Of a stretch of 64,000 bases of DNA, positions 1-14,292 are shown piece after piece; positions within the stretch are counted from its first letter, which is position 1; each line of letters starts with the position of its first letter. The notes under the pieces were generated by a model. It did not search any database. It had not been told where the DNA came from and saw nothing but the letters and a program-made list of their open reading frames with translations. The position numbers and the translations under genes are program-made. Source of the stretch: Camelus ferus (taxonomy: Eukaryota); the NCBI RefSeq assembly GCF_009834535.1, contig NC_045697.1:25298001-25362000 (forward strand). Reading direction: 5' to 3'.

Positions 1-1105
1 ACTAAGAATGTGAAATTATGTCATAAGCATTTTATGTGTATGTATTTAATACATGGTGATTTGGATTTGGCTTTTACATCTTAATTAAATATATGAGTAG
101 GCATATAGTGCCTTGTTCTAAACATTAAATTCATCTTTAAGTAAAGATATCATTGTTTGCTGAGTTACAAAGAATTGTGTACATCAGTTTGTCCTAATGT
201 TCTCGAGAAGGGCTTATGTTTTGTCTTGTTTTTGTTTTCTCCTTCAAATACCCTTAACAGCCCCAGATTTTTTTTAAGGAAACTACTTTATCCACAATCG
301 CTGTTGGACAAATCACCCAGCAATTCTTTATGCACTGGTGACCGTGTTGGTTGCCATGTAAATCATCTCCATAGTCACAGTTGAGTGGATTACAGGATAG
401 ATATCAATAAGGGACCAGGAGAAAAATCTTCCCAAAGATATCAGTAGATATTTGTGTCAAATGATATTCTTTATTGTGAGGACAGGAACTGACACCAAAG
501 GATATACATACAGAAAAGGCAATACACAAATATCATGGACAATACAAGCCATGGTTAACAAAATTACATGTCATCAAAAGTTATGTAAGTGATAAGCAGC
601 CATGAGGAATGAAATGGAATAAAGAATGAGGTTGTGTGTGGCCAGATTAGAGGAGCAAAAATTGACAGGTACTGAGGTATCAGGTGGAAATCCAAGAACA
701 CCAGCTGTTCAGGTACCAACAAGATGATCTGATTATATTATGTAGCATGTTGGAGACATGTGCGTGTTTGAAAGAGAGTTCCTATCAGAAACTAAAAACC
801 ATTTTAGAAATGGGGCTTAAAGAGTCAAATATTATGTATTATATAGTCTCTAAGACGCATCACTCAACTAGGAAATTAGTCTGTATTTCTAATTAATTAA
901 AAACATTATTAAGTACTGAGGAAATTCTGTATGTTTGACATTTTAAATATAAAAACGTGAATTTTTTATATAACCATATTTCCATGGGGAAAAAAGTGTC
1001 TATATATGTATTGTTACTTATTTGGATTAATTTAGCAGAGTAGATCTCAAAATTTGATGTATGTCAAAATAACTGAGTAACTTGTTACATTAAAAAGAAA
1101 ATGGC

Positions 1106-1772
1106 TGTGGCTGGCTCATTTCACTCATTAATGTCCTCCAGGTTCATCCCTGTTGTCACAAGTGGTGGAGTTTTCTCCTTTTTATAAGGCTGAATAACAT
1201 TCCACTGTATGTATGTTCCACGTTTTCTTTATCCATTCACCTGTCAATAGACACTTGAGTTGTTTTCATATCTTGACTGTTGTCACTAATATTGCAATGA
1301 ACATGGGAGTGCAGATGGCTCCTTCATATTCCTTTGGATTTTTACCCATTGATTCCACATACTTGGAAATCTAAGGTAGTCAAACTCTTAGAAGCAGAGA
1401 ATACAGTACCAGTTGCCATAGGTAAGGTGTTGAGAGAAATAGGGTGTTATACTTCCATGGGTAAAAAATTTCTTACACTAGACAAATAATTTCTAGAGAT
1501 CTGCTATAAAACATGCCTACAGTTACAACATGGTATTGTGCACTTCAAAATTTGTTAAGAGGGTAACTCTTTATGTTGTGTTCTTACCCAGAGACAAACA
1601 AAAAGCGAAGGATGCAGGAAACTCTGTGAGGTACTGGATGTGTCTACCACCTTGATTGCGGTGATGGTATCATGGGTGTTTACCTACGTGCAAACTCATC
1701 AGACTGTGCACATTAAACATGTACATTTATTTGTATATCAATTATATCTCAACAAAGCTGTTAAAAATAAAA
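1106..1772 (+). mobile_element. L1 (L1MA9-like) 3' end with 5' inversion
   Basis: 1106-1348 is antisense L1 and 1349-1772 is a sense 3' UTR ending in an A-rich tail. The two pieces are nearly contiguous in L1 coordinates. Confidence 0.8.
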
Positions 1773-3534
1773 TGTGAATATGGCGGGGCTCCAACACAGA
1801 ACCACTTAACTCAGAGCCTAAAGAGGTAGATCGAGGTCTGTTTTTTTATGCGACACTGGTAATTCATATACAGAGTCAACCTAAATTAAATATGATCTCA
1901 TTAATTTTTCTTTAGGATTTGACTTAATAATTAAACTGTTAAAATATATTTGTTGATATATATCACAGAAAGAAATATTTTCATTTATAAATATGGTATG
2001 TAAATTATAATTTAGTATCCACATATTGAGGTATTACTTAATTCTTCTGAATCATCATTTATATTCAGAATTCTTACATTTCTTGAATCTAGAATGCCCA
2101 GTACGAAATTAATAGTTATTATCTTATCAATTTGTTGAAAGGTAAATTATATGTGCTTACTTTGTGGAGAAAGATAAGTATTATGGCACTCTTTCAGACA
2201 TTCCATTAATAATCAAATCAAATCAAATCAATTACTTGCATTTTGCCTACATTGTAAGTCAGTAGGGCATAAGATTTAAGACTCAGGTTCTGCCCTTGAG
2301 ATATTTTTGAATTGGGGGAAGATAAACAATTGAAAATGTATCTCTTCTTCCAGAGTTATCAGAAACCTCCCGATTTTTAATTCTAATGTGTGCTTCTTTT
2401 CCTGAGTTAACATCTTAAAACAGCATTTAATATAATTTCTCACTCCCCTTAAGTTGGAGAGATTTTTTTTTTTCTTTTCTTGGTACTCTCTTGGTTTTTC
2501 TCTTATATCATTGGCCATTTAAATATAGTTTTTGTTTGTTTGTTTTCACTCCTTCTCTTAAAACATTAGCGCTTTAAAAGCTCTTTCCAATCTATGTTCC
2601 CTCTCAAGGCTGATTTCAGTCTCTTCATTTTAAGTATCATATATGCATGGCACACATGCACACACACGTAAATGTTATATCTCCTGTTCACATCTCAAAC
2701 CAAAATCATAGGAATCACAACCCTAATCCCTCTCTAGTCCTTCATGACCAGTCTGTCTTCAATTTGATTTCTTCTACCTCTAGAACATGGCCCTTATTAC
2801 CCTATTACTCATTTTCATTCCCAAATTCTAGACAGAATTTCCCAAACCATGTACTGTGGAATGCTGTGCTCCATGGGAAAAAGAAAGTTGTAAGTAAATA
2901 ATTTGGGGGAAACAATGTTCTGACTTTGAGTATATTAGCATATTGAATCACATTACCAATATTAAATATCAAGCATTTTAGCATATTAGAGACTCCAAAA
3001 AGATTTTCAGTAAATGCACATTTAAAAATGTATTTATCCCAATGTTTCATCAGTGTTTTTGACCATGGAACCATTTCATTTTACAACATAATTAAGTGTA
3101 TTATAACCTATTAACCTTGAAACCCTGGGTAATGCAAAAATCTAAAGGTATTTTTTTAACTTATATGTGGCTATAGCCGTCATAGTCAGCAGGACAGGAC
3201 TGAAGAGTTCTGCCTGTGTTCTTATTAATGATAAATAGCATCAATATCTTAAAAATATTTTCCAACTACCTCTACATACCGTTCACAAGTAAAGACATTT
3301 ACTTAAGTTCTATAGTACAGTTCTCTAAGTACCAGCCTTTTAGAAGTTATACATCTCTAAGGAACTATGTCTCATCCCTGAAATTTGGTTTAAAAAATTA
3401 AAAACAATCAGCTTTGGATGGTTTAGGCATAGAACCCCTGAAAATGAGGAAACTAGGCATAAAAAAAAAAAAACTTGGCATGATTTCAATGCAGTGCATG
3501 ACTTTTTTGGCCACAAATATGAGGCTCATAGAAG

Positions 3535-3760
3535 ACAGTGGTAAATAACATGGGTTTGGAAGCTTAGAAAGTCTTCTGAATTTCTAGTTCCTATAATTTG
3601 ATATGATCTCTGATAGGTTAACTTCTCTGTGCCTCAGTTGCCTCATCTACCAGATGGGAATTTTAATAGTACATTTCCTAGGATGTGAAAATTAAGTGAG
3701 ACAATCCATCAAATGTTCTTGGAACAGTGCCTGGTTTATCATAAGTACTCAATAGATACT
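3535..3760 (+). mobile_element. MIR SINE
   Basis: Core TTAACTTCTCTGTGCCTCAGTTGCCTCATCT...AACAGTGCCTGG...AAGTACTCAATA. Further MIR-like pieces lie near 13520-13690, 14420-14700, 45630-45830 and 62090-62660. Confidence 0.8.
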
Positions 3761-6700
3761 ACATGATAATAATGGAGGATAACTTTAAAAATGTTTATTG
3801 GAAATAAGACTAGAAATTATAGTTTTGTTTTCATTTTAGCATATACATAGTGAACAACATCATTTGCCATGAATAAATTGGCAAATACATTCCAAGTAAA
3901 TTACAATCGTCACTTCCGGGCACAGAGTGAGGAAAACAGCCATCTGCTTTAAAAGTGACACTAGCCATGTTAGAACTCAGTGCAAGAGATTGTAAGGCAT
4001 TTACCAGTCTGCTTTAATTCAGTGTTAAGCTTAATAAGGTAAGAACTTAACACTTCGTGTTTCAGTAGAAATGGTATAGCACTGAATGTATATCTTTCAA
4101 TATATCATAATGACTTCATCAAATAAAAAATCACTGAAATCATCCTGGGAGAGGACATAGATTAGGAAGAGCTTCTAAAGCTCTAATGTCTTACGAAGAG
4201 GAGTTAAAAACAAACAAACAAAAACTGGATATAAATGGCCACTGATATAAGAGAAAAACCAAGAGAATATCAAGAAAAGAAAAAATATATATATTGTCTC
4301 TGATATACAGAGATCACCTGTTATATAAAACGTTAAAATAATAAATATTACCCCTTCCTTCAAGAAACAATATCACTGTTGAAATAGTTGGGATACTTAA
4401 GCTTTGAACATAAATGTAGTCTGAGTTGGTGTGCAGTAGGGGATTACCAATTTAGCAAAAAGACTGAAATCAAGATAATGCTGCTTGGAGGATTCTATTG
4501 AACATTTTTCCTACCTTGATAATCAAGTTACATAATTTGCCATCTTTAACAGTTTTTTTTCTGAGAGAAATATTATACAATACTTTGAAGCTAATCTGTA
4601 AACCCTGAGGATTGTGTTTGTTTGCATGCTTGCTTTGTGATACTATGATACCCAAAGCAAATCACTGCTGTAGATACATTGTGTATAACAACCAGGCTTG
4701 TCACATTGGTACACTGGAGAGGATGACCTTGGAATTGAGTGGAGAAATCGTTTTCCTTTTCTATGTGCCAGTGAGTAAAAGAGTGGTTGTTAATAGGCAG
4801 GTTTGGTTAATAGTCCATATATGAACTTCTAACAGCATAAGAGTGCAAATCAGTTGTCAACAAAATATATTAGCTGTGTTACAGAGTAAGCAGGATGATA
4901 CACAGCTTGCGAGATTTTAGCTTGTGTTACAAGATCAGTTCTTTTCAGTTTGAAAGAAAATATGTTATTGGAGTAAACATATTAAAATAAATAGGCACAA
5001 ATAGAGATTAAAGAATCAGAAGGGTTATTTATTTTCCTCCAGGCATATGAATAACCACAGTTCTTGCTCTTATGATAGACGCCTGTTAATATTTTGGATC
5101 CCAAACGCTCGTGTGTTGTAAACACTTTTGGAGTTTTTTACAGATACTCATTTGAGGACCCCCACTGTCAGATTCCTATGCAGTAGCTCTTGATCGGGAT
5201 CAAAGATATCTGATGTGTTTAAGAGCTGCTTAAGAATATGATGCTAACTAGCCCAAGGTTTAAATGCAGGCAATACCACTAATGAACAGAGGGTACAGAA
5301 AAAAAGCCTGAAAGATTCCAAAAGTATCCTGGGAAATTAAACCACTACAAGCAATGGGAAACACTTCTTTGCTGGAAACATATGTGTAAATGGAGAATTG
5401 GAACTCAGAGTGGCATCAGATCAAAAGACCAGTGGCATCTGCTCACCAGGAAGCATTTTGGAAATGCCCAGTCTCAGGCTCAACACCTGTCTTACTGTAC
5501 CCAAATCTGAACTTTCATAATATCCTCAGGTAACCCATTAATGTTTAAGAAACACTACAGTAAAAGGAACAGAAGAGATATATCTGCTCTGTCATTCTAC
5601 TTTTTATCTGGAAAAAATGTGGTCCTATAAGGTGATTTCTGCATAGAAATAAACCCTGCCATTATATGTGTGCCATTTTGGGTTTTGCTTGCTTGCTTGT
5701 TTGTTTATAGACAACATAGTTTATTCCTGAAACTTTTTTTTAACATTTGTGAATACATCAGAAAATAATTAATTCACATTTATCTTCAGGTGGAAAAAAT
5801 AAAATATGCCTATCAATAAAGGGACAGTCTATCAAAATTTATAAGACCTAGATAGTGGAAAACTAAACTACTGCTCCCTCGATACTAGCTTTTCATTTGA
5901 TAACTCAGTGTACTAAATGGTAAAAATCCATTGTTTTTACATCTATCAAATTTTAATTAGAACTCATGTAGCCTTAATGTGTAGGTCAAAAAGGTGGTAG
6001 ACTGACTGTTGCCAGGAAGCAAAGGCCTAGAAATAGTGAAGATTGCTCTTTTGGATTTTTTTAGTCCTTTAGGTACATATTCCGCTCACGGAGAGATTTA
6101 ACTTCCTAGAAAATTCCATCATGTTACAAAATGCCATTAACTCCTGATAGTCATAAACACATTAAATAACAACCATCGATGCTGCTTTGACAGCTCTAAA
6201 GGATTTGTATGCAGTTTTAATGATGGAGAACCTCACTCATCATAATTTCTGAGTGTTGAATTGATCCTTGGAAGAGAGGCTGATAATTTGATTGTTCTAT
6301 AATGTGCTAGTGCATAATTTCAGAAAGAGAAATCATTTTATGAAGAAACTAATTACATGCAAATGACTCTCTTCGCAAGATGTTAATAAAATTAGAAATA
6401 CTTCCCAAAAATGAAGAAAAAATAGTATAAAATAAAATGCCTTGAAGAGGTAAATGGTTAAAGAATACTACAGAGATATTATCCTGGGAAAGTGCATGAA
6501 GGAATCTATACCAAGGAGAGGAAACTTGTGCTGTTTCATTTTTCACTGTGTCAAGAATATCCTCTTGTCCTTTACTTAACCTTCTAAACCCTAAGTGATA
6601 ATATGAATTGTGAAAATTTCAATTCATATTGGAATTAAATTGGTCTTCATGGGAGATATATTACAGAAGTCTCTCCAAATAGAAAAAGAATTCATATCTT

Positions 6701-9700
6701 ACCTAATAAAGGAGCAGTGAAGGGACATGCCCATCTTACAGTGCTTGTTTATGTCTTGTTGAAAAGCATTATCAAAAATAAGCCAATTTATTCTGAAATT
6801 TTAGAAACCCCTTTAAAGAAAAATAAGTTGGACTTGATTTGACTGTAATAAAATAATATTTTATCTTAATTATCACTAATTTTTTCTATATACCCTATTT
6901 TTTATTTCTCTTTCTGAACTATTGAAGCCTTTCTTTGAATAAAGGAATTGAGGTGGACTGTAGGTGATCCAGGTTTATAGTATTCTAAACTATGTAGTCC
7001 TAATATTTATCTCAGACATCAAAAAATTGTCATGTGAATATTTAAAGATGTGAAAATCAAAGCCAGACCAAAAAAAAAAATGCACTTTGGAATCCTTACT
7101 TTGCAATTAATAGCATTTTTTTTTGTTTATTGATTAATTTATCTTATTCTTAGTCTTCTCCTTAGCAAAACAGGGTTCTTTCATATAAACTACCATACTT
7201 TTGCTCTCAATAGCTTTCCATGTTTACTTATCTGCTTTCATAGAATCCTATCCTTTCTTGGCTTTCTATACACCCATGCTAATTTTTTCCCCTTTTCTCT
7301 CTCTTTCTAAAAAATTTTCCAAGGTATTGAGCCTTAAGATATATTTTAGAGAATCCTGAGTTGCCTAACTCATAGAAAATGTTCAGTAAATATATTTTTA
7401 AATTAACTAAATTTGGTTCAAAGCCATTTCTCTCTCTCTCTCTCATCCATTCTATGCAAATTTAGGTGCCCATGTCTTTTTCTCTTTCAGAACTAGTGTC
7501 CTGCCCAACAGACACATGCGCCTGTACACAATTCCACCTCTGATAAATGCTATGAAGCAGTTTATTTTGCTGTTCTACTTTAGGGATGTTTGTCTTTATA
7601 AATGAGGTCAAGTGGTGCTTCCCTGAGAAATGGGAATTGTAGATATGATTAGCCAACTATCAGAGAGATTTCCCAGAAAAACTCTTTCAATAAAAAGATT
7701 AAAAGGAGTATTGACTATTACATTTAGTAAGAATTAAGTTTTCTATGGCTTTGACCAGTAAGTTTACAACAGACTGGGGAGATGCACATGTGATTGACTG
7801 GAATAAAGAGATGATAAAACATGGGAATTTAAGGGTCATGCATTTATATAGCTCCCGTTAGGAGTTTTGCTCTGGAAGAGATCATGAAGATTCGGGGGAA
7901 GGAATGGAGGAATACACAGGATCAAGGATGAGTTTTCCCTTTGTCCATCAGTGTGTTTTAAAATGATAGTTACTGAAGCATGTTCATTTGATGATAGAAG
8001 TGGTACAATATAAAGGGAACGAATCATAACGCCAGTGAGCAGGAGAATTGTGTGGGTTTAAAGAATGGTGAATGCGGTTTGATTAAAAAATGGAGAGGTT
8101 GGCCTCAGCGAGATGTGGAGAGGAATTCATTTACTAAAATTCATTTACTAAAAGGAAATGGAATGTTTATGGGTATGGTTGCATATACAAGTATTTGATG
8201 TTGGAAAGAAAAAATGAAGGAAATGCTTTTCATTTGATGAATTTATTTGTTCAATGAAACATGATTTAATATCTTCAAGATTGAATAGTGTTGTGAGGCT
8301 GAGGAGAAGAAATAGTATTACTGCAGGAAGAATTACTGCAGGAGGTTAATACTATTGAGGGACAGTTTGAAAGCTGGTGAGGAGTAGGCAGAGCACTGGA
8401 GTTCATTGGGTTTGGAATTTTCCAGATGACCTCACTGGGAAAGATAAAGGAAAGGGAATTAAATGTGTAAGCTGGTAAGCATTTCCACTTATTGACAAAG
8501 TAATCTAAGGATGGTAAAGAAAGAATTAAAGACATGACAGAAATAATAGACAACATAAATAGTGATGGTGTCCGTATATCACTGAGATACCTAGGTAAGT
8601 CAAAGGATTTTTGAGCCAGGGGACCTAGAGTAAACGAGGTAGGGTGATTCCGAGTGGTAGTCAAGGAGTGGATGGTTTGAAATAAATTCTGTGAAGGGGA
8701 TGTGACTTTGATAATATAAAATCTAGTTAAAAGCCAATGTTTTAAACACTTTGTTGCCTTCAGGAAGATTTTAGATACAGACCAAACTTCTTTCTTTGCC
8801 CACAACTAACTTCCTGCTGTGGTCTGACACATCCATACATTTCCAACCCTGTTTAGGTGGAGAAAGAAATTATTTTATAGGATCTCCTTATTAAATCCTA
8901 CTTCTGCTTTACCTCTCAGCAATTCTCAGCTTTAAATTTAAATGTTTCTGAAATGCAAGATTAACCAGACAGAGAACAGGTTGGGGATCCTGGGTCTGTT
9001 CCCTCCCCATGCCCTATGTTTACCTGAAAGCACCGTCTATTCCCTGAAATTCCAGTTGTCTCTCTTACATGTCTTTGGGCCTTTGAGTCTCCTTCACAAT
9101 CAGGTAACTGTACTCGAGTATTTAGCACGGTGAGGAGAGCATAATATGCTGCCAATAATTGGGTTTTTGAGACAAACATGCTTAAATTTCAACTTGCGAA
9201 ATAACAGACATCTTCCTTTCTCTTGACCTGCTATGTGGCATAGTTTTGTACCCTAAGTAATCAGAAATTTCACTGCAGAAACTAAATTTGAGAGACTTCT
9301 AGATCCCCTTATCTTCTTTAAAAATAAATGGTATTTTATAAGACGTTGTTTCACACTTTTAAAATATGACATATTTGTTCTTAGCCCAAAGGACAAGCAG
9401 TTGACAGGGCTGCTGTTGAAGGTATTATTTTAATTTAATAGAACATAAAATAGAGATAGGTTGATTCTAAATATCTTCGAAACCACAATATTCTATAACA
9501 TCAAAGAAATGTTATAAGTTGGGATGCTGAGAAAATTATTCTGCCTCTCTATACCCACACACAAACACACACATAAAAGGATCATGGAGATTTTGACAAT
9601 AAATGCACATATATGTATGTGTGTAGTACCAAATATCTACACAGCACAGATAGAAATTTTAAATATTCCTATTTTTAAAAATCATATTTAGGCAATATAC

Positions 9701-12700
9701 AAATTGTTGATTTCTGTTTTTATCAGGCTTTAAAAACAGAAGTTAATTTTCCCTATGCATGTTGATGTCTTAACTGGTGTTAGCATGACATACATTTTAA
9801 GCAAATATATCAGTTATTATTTTTTCTAATTTCTGAAAATCCATCCATGCATCATAAGGGCTCAAGACTTAAATGACATGTAAGAAACTTCCTTTAAAAT
9901 GTTACATTTTTTTAATCCTATGTAATGTAATATCTAGGTTCATGTTGGTTTCTTTATAGAAATTTAAAAAATAAATGTATTTTCCAGATATAATCTTAGT
10001 GTATCTCCTCCTGGTAGAAAAATGATATTTAGAACTACTAGTGTTTATTTTTGATAATTAGGCTATTACTAAATATCCTGGGGATCATACTTAAAATACA
10101 AGATCAATGTATTCTAAGCACATCGAATTCATGGAATATGATATGAATATTTCTCCGGTCTCCATAGATTCTAATGATTAGGAGCCAAGAAGCACATGTT
10201 TTGTACACTTTCCAACTAATGCCACCTCCTTACTCTCTCAGATTCTGTGACCTTCTTTTAAATAAGATATATTTTGGAGAAGTTTCATATAATCTAAGTA
10301 GTTTTATCAGCTTTTCCCAATAGGCAACTAAGCTTGAATTTTAATTTGATTATTTGCATTATTTTTTATATTTTAATGGCCCTGGAATATCTAAAAGAAA
10401 AAAATAGACATTCAGACCACTTTAGTAACCTGCCTTAACTCACATGAAGAGTATGATTGAATTTTTCAAGACCATTTGCAATCTGGATAGATACAATATT
10501 GTAATCTGGTTGATCTAGCTATATTTAAGGAAATATAGCTCCTATCAGATAGGTAATAAATTAAGCCACATCCACATAAGGAAATGAAATAGTGCCTCAT
10601 ATATTAAATCGATGGTACAAGTTGCACCCTAACTTCAAAGAGGGTAATAAGAAAGAACCAAAAGCAGTGGTAATACCATTCCATCCTTTATCATATCATG
10701 TACAGTATCTTATTTTGTTGAGAAATATTCGAGATGATATGAATAAAATAGAAAAGTGAAATTTGTGAATAATGTATTTTACTGTTGAAAGTTGTTTTAA
10801 AATTGCTAAATAATATCTTAGTACAGGTAAAGAATTCAGATATTCTTGTATTTTCAGGATCTTCCTAATGTCAATAAGTATTTAAATAAAGGTCTTTAAT
10901 ATGAAAATTAAATATTTAAAAATTTTAAAAGATGATTTTAAAAGATACAAAGCAACTCAATTGTAGGGGAAAAGTGGACGTATAATATTGTAAGTGAGCA
11001 AACGAGGCACCACGTGCTAGGTAATACATGAATTAAATGGACATATTACGCCTCAGGAGTCCGGAGCTGTCAGTCTCCATTTCTCCTGTCTTTTTTTCCA
11101 GCCCTTTTCTTGCATTTACTACCCCATGCATTGATTTTTTACTACTTCTTTCTCCAATAAACTATCAAATCTTCTATTCTGTCTGTTTTACATTTCATGT
11201 GGCTCACCTTTGTATCTGCAGTGGCTAGTCAACTGCATAGTACATAATGTTTTTTCAATCAGTGTGTGGTAGGACACATCAGTTTAGAAGTGAGAGCTGG
11301 AAAAGTTTTATTAAATTTTAGAGGCACCGTGGTTTATGTTATTCAAAAAGGAGAGAGATGGAGCACATCTGAGGTCCATAGAGGTATCTGTGTAGAGAAT
11401 GGGATAACAGGTAGAAAAGCAAATATGTCAGTTGGCTTAAAGGTGAAATTCATGTGTAGATTACCAGGAGGTAAACTGGAAATGACTTGTTAAACCAATG
11501 TGGATCACTGTAAATCTAGGTTATGGGGTTTGGATTATATCCAGCAATGATAAATATACAAATAGGGAAAATATATCTGGCATGAGTAATACACTGTTTC
11601 CAATGTAAAATCTCCTCTTAAAGATGTATTTTCAATAAAAATATTTAAATTTGAATTATGTTTTAAGTAAACAAATTGGGAGTGCAGTGATTTGTTAGGT
11701 TGAGCTTATGACTGAGCTAGTTTTTGTTTACTTCTTGTTTTATTTTTTTTAATCTAACTTCCTGGCTAAGCATCCTATTTAGATTTGCTTATACAGCTAA
11801 CTACCACTGTGAATAACTTCCAGAATGGGAAATTAGCCTGGCTAATTTAACCACCAGGATTCTAGTCTAATCCTGTTGATGTATTCCTGATAATTAACAA
11901 TCTGTGAGCAGCTGCAATGTCCAATATCCAAAATACAGCACAAGGTAAATGATCATTTGTACATTGTGAGTTTCATGGACTAAATGAAAAAGCACTTTTT
12001 TTTTTATTAATAGCTGCACTTTTCATAAATTTTATGAGTTAATAGGGTTCAATTAATGTTGCCAAGTAGTGTGCTTCATGCATATGTCTCTGGGGTTTTG
12101 TGAAGTTGAGGAGAATGTATAATGAATGGTTGAGCAGTTATATTGGTACCCTAGTAATTAGAGAACGAGTAATTAATGTGCATCTGTGTTAGGCTCCTGG
12201 GTACTGTCAACGACCCTGTAGTGTGCAAAAAAAAGAGAAATTATGTGCTTGGCAAGAGATTACAGCTTTTCTCTTTTTCTTAAATTTTAGATCTACGTCT
12301 GTGTTTAATTAGAAGAAGAAATGAATTCCCATTAACACCATTAGGCAACACGCTATGATTGGTTAAAGCCTACATGGACTGTGAAACTGATCTAGAAAGC
12401 TCAGGAGATTACAATGGAATTTTTTTTAATCTTAGGAGAATTTATCTGTACTAAAATAAGGATGCTGAATAGTCCCCACTTGTCTCTCTGTAGAATACCT
12501 TCTGCCTTTTACTTTTGGCCGCTTTCTATAACTGAGCAATCTAAGCAAAAATCTATTGAGCAAAAGTAACTTACCATACCCACAAGTGGACTTTTTCCTA
12601 GCTGTAAGGAGTGAGATGCAATAGCGTCACCTTGTAATCGGCTCAATATACAAAAATCGTCCCATATATTAATGACAGTGTAACATAGTTTACTGACAGG

Positions 12701-13771
12701 TAATAGTCACGGATGTCACAGCTGACTAGCTGTGCTGATGTTTTCGTTTCCAGAGAGATTCAAATTAAATTGCTTTTATCTCCTGAAGCAAAAAAACATT
12801 TCATATTCCACATGATGATAATAAAATGTATCCTTAGGGCAAGTAGAATGCTCTACTTCTAAAATGAAACAGCCATGATTTAATTAGTATGCAAGAACAC
12901 AAGACGAAATTTTAAGAGAAAGATGATTCTCCTGAGTGTTCTTATTCAGTGGCCCTCTAAAATTCTGCTTTTTGAGAGACTACTGAGTGGCTGTATTTGT
13001 AATTAAACATTGCCTTTACTTAAAGTGTTGGTAATACTCTGCCAAATATCCCACTGAGATATTAACTTGAAATTATGACATTCGCTCTTACATATATAAT
13101 TATGCTAGAAACTTGCTGTGCACTATTGAGTACAAAGTTGGAATTTGAGGAAAAAAAAGTTCAGTATTGGACATCAGCAAACAAATTATGTAAGCAGGTT
13201 AATGGTGGGTAATTTTACCCACAGGAAAGTTCAATATTTGCATTTAGATGTTAGCTTTAGAGCAAGGTTTGAATTATTTGCTACATCGTATTTAAAGCTA
13301 TATATTTAAGGAACATATACATTTAAATCCTTTCTCCAAAATATTGCTAAAGTAGAATAATGTATAATTGAATGTTATTAAGGTAATTTAAAAGTATAAT
13401 CTCTATTTTCTTCTTGCTCTAATATTTGATGTTTCACTTAAGATTTGAAAAGGAATTTTTTAATTGAAATGTTGAAATTCCAATTGCATTTTAGTTTTCT
13501 CAATTATTTGAGTATTGTACTTCATAAGCTCTGGAGTCAACAGGTCTAAGATAAAACTTTCCCTCTCTGTTTACTAGATAATATGACCTTTATTAAGCCA
13601 CTTAGCTTCTATAATTTTCCTTTCTTACCTAGAGAAACTGAAAATAATAATATCTGTATCAAGGGTCAGTACAATGTGGAATGATGATAAATATGCATCA
13701 TGATCATGGTGATGGTGATGGTGATGACAGCTGGTGTTGGTAAAGATTATTGCATGGCAATAATTATCACA

Positions 13772-14292
13772 AGTGAAGTATATTGAAGGTGGCCTTAAAT
13801 TTTTTGCTGCTCTTCCCATCAACAAATAAAGTTGACTTCACCTCTGCTTATATGTGGACTGGCCTTTGTAATTAGTCTGACCAAAGAAATGCAGCAAAAG
13901 TGGAGTTCTGGGACTCCCGAGGTAGGGCTGTAAGCAGCCTTGCAGCTTCCATCAGGCCTCCTAGGAGGGTGCTCACTCTCAAGACGTTTTCTTCTGAGGT
14001 CCACCTGCCCTCCCCATGCCACGTAGAGAAGCTATATATGTAGTCACTCTGTTGAGAAACACCAAGTGAGCCTCAGATGACAGTCAGCACCAACTGTCAG
14101 CCCTGTGTGTGGTCATGTAGCAAGTCCAGCCCTTTCAAGCCTGCAGATGCTTCAGCCCCAGCTGACACTTGACTGTATCTGCATAAGTAACTCCACATGG
14201 TAGCTATCCGTTTGAGACTATTCAATATGTAGGACAGCAAGAGTTAACGAATTGTCATTTTAAGATTTGCATAGCGACAGCTAACTGAAACA
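13772..14292 (+). mobile_element. MaLR solo LTR (MLT1G/H-like)
   Basis: GCTCTTCCCATCAA...CTGGCCTTTGT...CAGCCCCAGCTGACAC...AGCTAACTGAAACA. Confidence 0.7.

Noticed and set aside
8275..8805. 176-aa minus-strand ORF
   Set aside because: GTG start, overlaps L2-like decayed sequence, no recognisable domain.
13625..13825. ORF with a poly-His run
   Set aside because: The His run comes from a GGTGAT/GAT microsatellite between a MIR and an MLT1.
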